A stretch of 57,317 nucleotides of DNA, counting the filler, from Sphacelaria rigidula (Eukaryota), in the NCBI GenBank assembly GCA_964200075.2. It is 7 parts of 7 records of this genome, joined end to end, with 100 filler letters (N's around TTAATTAATTAA, not from the genome) between each part and the next. Parts side by side here need not be neighbours in the genome. Positions count along the whole stretch, not along the records: positions 41,014 to 49,115 come from CAXNAA020012294.1; positions 49,216 to 57,317 come from CAXNAA020012295.1; 5 more parts are not named here. One strand, written 5' to 3'. Positions 49,066-57,317 of this stretch are shown one piece after another. The notes under the pieces are model-generated. The model was not told the DNA's origin. It made no database searches and was given only the letters and a program-made list of their open reading frames with translations. The first letter of the stretch is position 1. Each line of letters begins with the position of its first letter. The position numbers were made by a program, and so were the translations under genes.

Positions 49066-49959
49066 TGACGATAGCCCCCCCCCCCCAAAAGTGCATGGTT
49101 TTGGGAGGCAAAATCNNNNNNNNNNNNNNNNNNNNNNNNNNNNNNNNNNNNNNNNNNNNTTAATTAATTAANNNNNNNNNNNNNNNNNNNNNNNNNNNNN
49201 NNNNNNNNNNNNNNNGGGGGGGGGGGGGGGGGTCGTACTAGTTTGTTGCTTGTATAAGTCGTCTGATCATTGACCACGCATCCCTTTCAAGACGGAGCAT
49301 AGAGGAGGGGGGGGGGAGGGGGTCAAAACAATACTCCGCAGTATCTCGATATCCATAAATCGAATATACTGGTATAGACGTCCAGCGAACAGAAAGATCT
49401 GTCCAGCACAGATCAGTGTATACGGCCGCTGTGTAGCGTGCAATTGAGGTGCTTCGTGTATGTGCGAAGTGAACGAAAAGTTTGCTGCCTGGGCCTCATG
49501 AACCGAGCTGGTCAAGAGGGCAACATCGAATACATCACTATAGGCCCACAGAGAGACAGGAACACCTATATGTACCGATCATTCGGCAACTCAATTGAGG
49601 CCCGTTTAGAAATGTAGCAGTACCGTAGGTGCTGTAGAGAGCACTTCTCTTCCTTTCTTTTTCCGTAACGCCTCCCTACTCACGGCATGCAGCAGGGGCG
49701 TGTCGACTTTCACTATTTCTCGGGACCGGTACTTGGTCGTACCACATACCACATCTTGGCCTGCCGTTTCACATGCTCTTCTCTCTTTCTCTTTCCTCTT
49801 TATTCGTTCTTTCAGCCTACTCCATGTACACTGCTTCCTCTATTTATCATCCCCCTCTTCTTTCCGAGCTTTTTGGTACGAGTGTTCCCTTTTAGATTCT
49901 CTCCAGGTGCCCATGCCCATACTGACTGTGGCCGCGACGGGACTCAAAGTCGACTTGCT

Positions 49960-50183
49960 CATGTGCGTGTGTGTCGTCATCGCATCTATTTTGGACGCCC
50001 GTCTACACCTTTCGGTATATGTGGGCGATTCAGCCGGGGTCACACAGGAAGAAGACCAAAATGTTTTATTTTTTTTTAGTTCTTTACCTGCCCTCCGCGG
50101 TGCGTGCCTTTATTTTTTATCGCGGAAGGGGTTGAGCGGTCTCTCTTCCTCGTCGACCGTGACGTCGATTTTTTGCTCATGAC
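49960..50183 (-). mobile_element. 5'-truncated SINE family-2 copy
   Basis: CAGCCGGGGTCACACAG and CCTCGTCGACCGTGA.GTCGA are shared with 54220-54592. Confidence 0.7.
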
Positions 50184-51164
50184 AACCAAAGATTGAAGGA
50201 ACGAGTCCATTACTAAAAATACATAATCCGCATCCAGAAGAAATCCAACCTCCATTTTTGCGCAAAAGTGCAGCGGCCACCCCGCCACATGTGGTGTCGT
50301 TGCAAATATATCCTACATCGCACGGTAAACCGGATCTTCCGATAATTCGAGGTTGTCAGCTATGCAAACATCGAGGCTGCGCTTCTTGCTCTCCCGATCG
50401 ATACACTCCATATGACACCCAAGCCAGGGTACGCTGTATTTTCCATCACTCGTTCACAGTACACACCGCTGCAGTCCTTGGCTTGATCGCTGAAACGCCG
50501 TAATTAAGGAACACTCCAACTGTGCAGTAAGGCAGATGACATTCTGCTGCCAACATTGAGGTGTGAGGCGTCTTGCATACTCACGTCGCACACAACATGG
50601 ATTGGGACATATTTTCATGTGTTGTTTTCCTATTTTTTACGTTTTTCTGTTTTCCCTTCGTTTTTCTTATCGACTGTTTCAGTTTTGTATTTGTCTCGGG
50701 GTCGTCCATCTTGTGGATAATGACCACCACTGGATCATGACTCCTGGGGTATCAGGTAAAGTGCCTCAATCAATCGAAGCAAATCAATCACCTTATACCT
50801 CGTTTTGGGGAGTTAGCCTGTGACCACGAAAGGCGTCCGCATCAGATTCCTAATACGGAGTACTGCGCAGATATGCGAACAGTTTTTTTTAATGTGAAGA
50901 CGACAACAAGAACAAAAACAACAAGCTAGCCGTACAAATGAACGCCTTGGCGAATGAACACGTGCAGCAGATCAAGACAATAACAGCAATACAGAGCGTT
51001 CTAGGGACATGTGCTGGAACGGCAAACTCACGCCGGTGTAGTTGATATCATCTCTTGACTCATCTTTGTACGTGTGAATAAATAAACACAAACGCATGCC
51101 TTGCCGCACAAAAAAAATGAACGACACAACCCAAGATACTGTACTATACTCCTACGGTCAGCTT

Positions 51165-51447
51165 GCTGCGACCCGGCGGTGTAATGGTCCGACTGTCGCC
51201 ATTAGGGTGGAGAGAACTAGGGTTCGATTCCCGATGCATTGGGTTTTGTCTTGTAATATCTGATTTCCACCGTGGAAAGCGGGAGAACGTGAGCAAACAA
51301 AGTAGTCGACTGAGTTTGTTTGACGTGAGTTGACGTGGTGCGGGAGTGCTGATAGTCATGACCCAATCCGCGAGACCAAAATGATCCCTTGAGACCACGA
51401 ACTCATCCCGAGGAAGGGGAGGGGTTCAAAGTGCGAGGAAAACAAAA
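51165..51447 (+). mobile_element. tRNA-derived SINE family 1 with a ~30-bp internal deletion
   Basis: A- and B-boxes, body nearly identical to 53442-53748, A-rich tail. Confidence 0.85.
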
Positions 51448-51978
51448 GTCAGCGTCCGAGGGTTCACGCAATCGAAGCGTCAGCTAGCAGTTTTGCGAGT
51501 GACGATGCTGGTATTGATTCATTGCACGGCGAAGTAAAAAAACACGGCAACTAGTTATACTCCACACCTGCATACACATGCGTGCTGTACCCCTTCCTTA
51601 TCGACAAAACGTTTGTCTCCACTCGGAGAAACGGGCCGTTAATTAGTACATTGCACAGCACACTTCGTCTCCTTCCTCCGAAAAAAGTAAAGATCCAAAG
51701 AACAAGATGTACACCACAGGAACCGTGGCACGGGACGTGTAGAGCCACTGCTGCTGCGACAAGCAATTCATCCTGTAGCGTCGCGTAGTCAGTGCGTTTC
51801 TTGTACACGTCCGATCGAGCAGGGTGTACACACAATAACAAAATATCAAGTTTCAGACCACATGAGAGAAAAAAACTTTAATTTGCCACGTTGCATGAAT
51901 GAATGACCTGGCTCTACTGGATGTACAGGACGACCTTCTTCAGTGCCAAGCAACTCTTCTATCTTGTCTCGCTGTCAC

Positions 51979-52113
51979 CTGTTTCCACTGCCCGGCGTCC
52001 TTAAGGATCTCCAGCACCGCTTGGTACGATTCTAGCTCCGGAGTAGACCCGTCATCTTCCATTTCGTGCAGTAGTGACACCGCCCTCTCCCATCTACCCC
52101 CGCTACCGCACGC
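51979..52113 (-). CDS. PPR protein exon: ACGSGGRWERAVSLLHEMEDDGSTPELESYQAVLEILKDAGQWKQ
   Basis: CGCAG acceptor and CAG|GTGACA donor. 135 nt, PPR consensus. Confidence 0.88.
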
Positions 52114-53441
52114 CTGCGTAGGTGCACGATTGCACGCAACCATGTTGTAGGGATGCACATTTGGAGCCAAACTTGACCCGATACGATATTCGACACCAAC
52201 TGTATCACAGCATCAATTTTCCTCATATGTACACATCAACTATCGTCTCCTAAACTCACATGTATGATGAATAGTTTCGATTTGGTGCGGAATTTGATAT
52301 CGTAATCTAATTTCCATGTATCGATGTGGGGCAAAGTCTGGTGGGGATCCCTACCGTGCTGATTTGGAGGCATCCAAAGTGTTCCAAGCACAAAGGATGT
52401 ATTCTTATGGCCAGGACTTTTTTGTTCTTATTCTCATGGCATCGCTGTCGCCGATCCCGAGTCTGGAAGTGATCGAGGTGCAGCTCAGCCAACACATGAT
52501 ATAGTCTGGGTAGGCAACGGCACGTGCCCTAGAACGCATATGTCCAAATAGTCGTGGTCCGCAGATAATGGGGTGGGCGCTAAATATCGGGAGTTTCGTT
52601 TCGGTTGGGCCTACACCCCAGCAGATAGCTAGCCACGAGAGGGCGCCATGGCCACACGGTCGGCAGTTCTCTCCAGCTGCGGGATTGCTGTCGCCACCTG
52701 CGTGTGCACTGTGTTTCGGCACGTGTCTGTACCTTGTCTGGCTGCACACTGGCGCGCTTTGACGTCAGCCGTAAATTTGTAAGGCGTGCATTACTTTTTG
52801 GGGTTGAACACACGCTGGCTGCCGCTCCCATCCCTTTTCCGTTGGTTGCCTCGACACCCCTCACCAGCCGAGGATAATCAGTGAGCGACACGTGCGTTGT
52901 GTTTTTGACTAACTGTGTTTTTGCTTCGCCGTGATTTATTTGCCCGTCAACTTCGAAGCTGTGCAACAGTCGCGTAATTATGCACAGAACCCTTCACGGG
53001 TTGGGATGGCGGTGGGTGGAATGACGGAACAAAACTCCCGATATTTAGCGCCCAGCCGTCGGACGGTAATCAAGTGTATGGTGACGCGTACATGTTTTCG
53101 GGTTGGCCGGGAACCTGCGGTCAGGCACGTCAATCGCCAAAAACCGGTGGAATCGTCGCCAAAAACCGGTGAAAGCCAAATTGACTTGTCACTATCGGGT
53201 ACACTGCGCGTGCCTTTCGCCAGAATCCGTTGGCGGCGTGATTTGGCCAACGGGGCGGCAGGATTCGTTGCATATCTGGAGTGGATTTTCAGCTATACCG
53301 GTTTTTGGCAATTGCCCCACGTATGGCGATCGTACAGTTTACCGTGTACACCACTCTGTGCACGACATGACTCTACGAGCACAACCCGAGTTCCACAGTG
53401 ATATTGTTTCGTTTTGTATTAGCATGTACACAGTGCAGGCC

Positions 53442-53760
53442 GCCGCGCCCCGGTGGTGTAATGGTCCGCCTGTTGCCATTGGGGTGGAGAGGACGAGGGT
53501 TCGATTCCCGATGCGTTGGATTTTTTCTTCGTAGTATAGTATCTGACTTCCACCGTGAAAAGCGTGAGAACGTGAGTAAACAAAGTAGTCGACTGAGTTT
53601 GTTTGACGTGAGTTGACGCGGTGGGGGAATGCTGATAGTCATGACCCAATCCGCGAGACCAAAATGCAAGGCGTGTACCGCGGAGAGATGGGTTGATCCC
53701 TTGAGACCACGGACTCCTCCCGAGGAAGGGGAGGGGTTCAAAGTGCGAGGGGGAAAAAAA
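53442..53760 (+). mobile_element. tRNA-derived SINE family 1, full length (~305 bp plus A tail)
   Basis: GCCCCGGTGGTGTAATGGT (A-box) and GGGTTCGATTCCC (B-box), 3' end ..GGGGTTCAAAGTGCGA, then A-rich tail. Confidence 0.85.
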
Positions 53761-54219
53761 GTAGTGTAAGAGAGACGACCTCTATCGCTCATAGTGCCTA
53801 CGTGCACGTCAAGAACTCAGCAGGCACTACACGTAACGACATGCAGCGACCTCAAGAGGTGCAATGTCGAAAAGACCTGCGGAGACCTGTCAATAGCCCG
53901 CATGTTTCGGCTAGCAGCATTGCACGAAATCGAAGGGCGTCTTAGTACTATATACATCGATCAACGACCGATCCTTATTGTGAAGGCGTGCCGCAAGACG
54001 GGATGGGACACGTTGCAACGACCAGCCTGTCTACAATGGCGACCACTACCTACGGCCTCCGGACCGCGGGTTTCTTCGCAAACGTGAAATAAAATGTTCG
54101 CCCTACTGTAGTACAAGCGCATTGTGTAATTGTCGTGTGGTGCGTGGGTTCTTTTCACCTTGCAGTATGCGAGCTATGACAGATATATGAAATAATCAAG
54201 CGTGCACGAATGTTTTGCA

Positions 54220-54592
54220 CTGTGTTGTGTGTGTGTGTGTTGTCATCCAACCTATTTTGGGCGCCAGTTTACATCTTCTGGTGTGTGTGGGCACACCAGC
54301 CGGGGTCACACAGAAGGAAGGCCATCACAGACGTTTTTTCTTTTTTTTCTCTCGTGTTAGTACTCTGCCTTCCTTTTGCGGAGCTTGCCTTTTTTCTATT
54401 GCAAGAGGACTTTGGCGGTCCCTTTCCCTCGTCGACCGTGAAGTCGAATCTTGTGTACTCACGACATAGTCGCTCTCTACTGCTGGGCATGTGAGAAAAA
54501 TCCCAGGTCGAGTGACTGACCCAAGATTCGAACCCACGACCCAATCGTTAGGGGGATTCGATGTTACCAACTGAGCCACCGGGGCGACCGGC
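54220..54592 (-). mobile_element. tRNA-derived SINE family 2, full length (~370 bp, (CA)n tail)
   Basis: On the - strand: GCCCCGGTGGCTCAGTTGGT (A-box), GGGTTCGAATC (B-box), ending in (CA)n. Confidence 0.8.
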
Positions 54593-54759
54593 TGCACCAG
54601 TACCACCACAAAAATCAAACGAATACAAAAAACGACAGAAAAAAATATATACACACCCATGAAACGAGACAACAGCACCAACTGCAGACAAAAAACAAAC
54701 AGCACGAGCATGATCAACACATATAAATGAGAGAACAACAAATCGATGACATCATTTAC

Positions 54760-55010
54760 CTTCATGGCGTACTGGTAGCTAAACTGGTCCGGCCTCAAGC
54801 CCTCGTTCCTCATCTCCGATAAGATATCCAGCGACTTTTCCCACTCCCCCTTCTCGCCGCACGCGACAATCGCGTCATTGTAGGCGCTCTTATCGGGAAG
54901 GTGGCCGTCCGCTTTCATGCGCCGCATGATCTCGAGTGCTCGATCCGATTGGCCACCGTCTGCGCACGCCTTCACCGCTGCGGAGTAGCACTGCATGTCT
55001 GGATAGATAT
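54760..55010 (-). CDS. PPR protein exon: IYPDMQCYSAAVKACADGGQSDRALEIM...GLRPDQFSYQYAMK
   Basis: CGCAG acceptor and AAG|GTAAAT donor. Two 35-aa PPR motifs, phase 1/0. Confidence 0.92.
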
Positions 55011-56709
55011 CTGCGGTATGTGTGTGTGTATGTGTTCGCACGCAGGGACTGGTCTCTTGGAACAGCAATATAATACCACGTGGACACACTTTTCCCAGCC
55101 CCCGCATGCCACCGTTCGTGGGCGATACACTCATGTACATATTTCCATGCTTGATAATCACGGACACGCCCGTGCGGAGATTGTGTACCCCCCGCTCTCC
55201 CCGCCATACTTTCACCCGTCCTCTTCCTCGGGACGAGTCCGCGGTCTCACGGGATTAAGCTATTTCCCCGTCGGGTTCCTGTGTCAAAATTTGTGTATTA
55301 CGGTACACACGTGATTTAAACGCTTGCTTCCATTTGACGCCACTAACCACCACTGAGCTGTATCATCTGCGATAAAATGGCGCTGTGACGTACTTTTTGC
55401 GCCGAGCGCCATGTTTTGAGTGTCACGCCTGCTACTCCACCCGGAGCATGATTACTACAGGATCATAAATCTGCGATAAAGAGGAGACACGTTTGCCAAG
55501 TCGCTTCAGTGAAAACAGGTGTCCTTCATATTCATAGTACAGGAAATTGTAACACTCGTCGTGCTCGGACCTGAGCGACTCTTGTGCCTTTTCTTTTGTT
55601 TCGGGCAAGCCAACACAAATCTGGAGTGCAATTCCGTGACAAAATTCGTGGCCCCACACATCCTGGTGATCCTGGTGCGGTGCTTGGTCGTGAGGGACCA
55701 TGAGCCACGGGCAGCTTCATAGGACAGCCTCTCCCGGAAAGTACGACGTAGGCCACCTATAACACGGCGTCATCAGTGAGGCCCATCTTGACATACCGGA
55801 CTTAGTCCAAAAAACGGGTCGGTATCAAGATGCGGAAAGCATGCTTGTTGAGGGGTTGGTTTGGCGTGCAGCTCAGTACACTGCTAAAGATACATCACCG
55901 CTACTCAAATCTGTCGTTTATTCACATTACTCAGGGTGCTGACATCGCAGCGTTTCGGCCTCGGGGGAAAAAGTGACTGGACGTTCCGAACAAACCTTGT
56001 CCCGATCGACAACTCCCTGTGGTAAACGGTTTGACCAAAAACATTTGTGCGGCCACAATAGAGAGTACTCGATGGATTTTCGTCGGTTAGTCTTACATCT
56101 ACCCGAAACCAAATGGTCGCACGGATTTCTCAAGCTATGACGTGTTGGCATAACTCACGCCCCCGCTGCCTCGGGCCGTGGGTACCACAAGAGAATATGC
56201 TATCAGCGACTAAAGCTTCCTAACAAAATATTGGCGCAGCCAACGGCTCGCCATGGATAACGAGTCATCCGAGACTTCGGTAATGGCGCCGCACGAGAAT
56301 CTTGATGCGAATAAATAGCCTGCCTGTCAAAATGATCCCAGAGTAACAAATGTCCATCTGAAATCAGATTTAGGAACCCGATAATATCGTTCCCTAGGAT
56401 TTGCCGGTGGTAGCAAATAGCTCATTCATTCCTCAGAACTAAGGGGGAATGGATATTATTAATACGCTCGTACATAAATGGTTTCATCACGATGTGACAA
56501 ACTAGAACGAACAAGCATCTGGCGCGTGAACTTGGATTTTCCAGTCAAGTTGAGATGACACGATGGAAAGTGAGGCTGAATCGTCATGCTGTGATTGAAC
56601 CGAACATACTCGAGGAAAGTATCATGCTCGTACGAAACACAGTAAGACACACGTGCGTGCTTCATCCTTATCGCGGGTGAGGTATCACACTATGGCTGCG
56701 CCTACTTAC

Positions 56710-56888
56710 CCTTGTCGGGCATCTCGTTGAGGAGGTCGAGCGCCTTCGCCCACTGCCCCCCTTGCCCGCAAGCGCGGATTGCCCCCGAGTACGTGTGCCG
56801 ATCATGCATCACTTCGTCTTCTGTCATCTGCTTCATCATGGACAGCGCCTCTTTCCACCGACCGCTCTCCCCGACGGCATCGATCGCC
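56710..56888 (-). CDS. PPR protein exon: AIDAVGESGRWKEALSMM...YSGAIRACGQGGQWAKALDLLNEMPDK
   Basis: GGCAG acceptor and G|GTAAGT donor. PPR consensus; splices in frame to 55010. Confidence 0.92.
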
Positions 56889-57219
56889 CTGCCGTTACCA
56901 TTTGTGGCGGGTAGGGAGGGGGATATATGTGCACAATTCTTTCCAAGTTTTCACGGATAACATATACTGACCTCCACCTACCCCTCACGAGACGATGATT
57001 TGGACAATGTCTTCGGTCCTTTTGACACTTGCACCACCTCTTCAGTATCCTACAAGGGGGGGGTGGGGGTGGGGGTGCTCCAATGAACGGAATGATGGCT
57101 ACTCGACGGAAACACAAGCATGATTCACGATTCGCGAAGAAAAAAAGATGAAAACAAAATGCACGTGCTTGAACCAAAGGAGGGACGATGCTCTCCAGGG
57201 GCGTCGTAGACTGAAAATT

Positions 57220-57264
<45 letters not shown>

Positions 57265-57317
57265 ACGTCGTGTGCGGCGGGGTAGCGGGGCGCATGACGA
57301 GCGACACAACCCAGCAC

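Noticed and set aside
53442..53515. Functional tRNA genes at the SINE heads (also 25820-25889, 30125-30200, 51165-51235, 54520-54592, 18695-18766)
   Set aside because: A/B boxes are present but no complete cloverleaf forms. Most continue into a shared non-tRNA body and tail.
54325..55215. 296-aa ORF as a complete protein
   Set aside because: Only 54760-55010 is PPR exon; the rest is read-through into intron and SINE sequence.
17810..56888. Organelle-maintenance gene cluster (gyrA + PTH2 + PPR)
   Set aside because: Each gene is on a separate length-sorted contig; there is no linkage evidence.

Overview
This is eukaryotic, intron-rich, repeat-rich DNA of about 50% GC. It is most consistent with a brown alga (Phaeophyceae); that assignment is an inference from exon/intron style, stramenopile-type PPR repeats and an intron-containing nuclear gyrA. 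The window is not one locus. It is seven contigs of 8103, 8103, 8103, 8102, 8102, 8102 and 8102 bp joined by identical 100-bp artificial linkers (44 N + TTAATTAATTAA + 44 N), apparently sorted by length, so nothing can be inferred across gaps. Spliced gene fragments recovered by hand: DNA gyrase A C-terminal exons (contig 3, -), a tandem SH3b-like domain protein (contig 4, +), an uncharacterised HEAT/ARM protein with a CGSLAPK...CxxC insert (contig 5, +), peptidyl-tRNA hydrolase PTH2 with a GC-AG intron (contig 6, -), a PPR protein (contig 7, -), and two orphan exons (contig 1). The rest is mostly mobile DNA: a Copia remnant, a plant-type mariner transposase remnant, a Stowaway-like MITE, ~100-bp piggyBac-type MITEs, hAT-like remnants, two or three tRNA-derived SINE families, minisatellites, and a ~45-bp dispersed micro-element that always abuts G/C runs. 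Most ORFs in the supplied track are spurious. I found no convincing novel multi-gene system.
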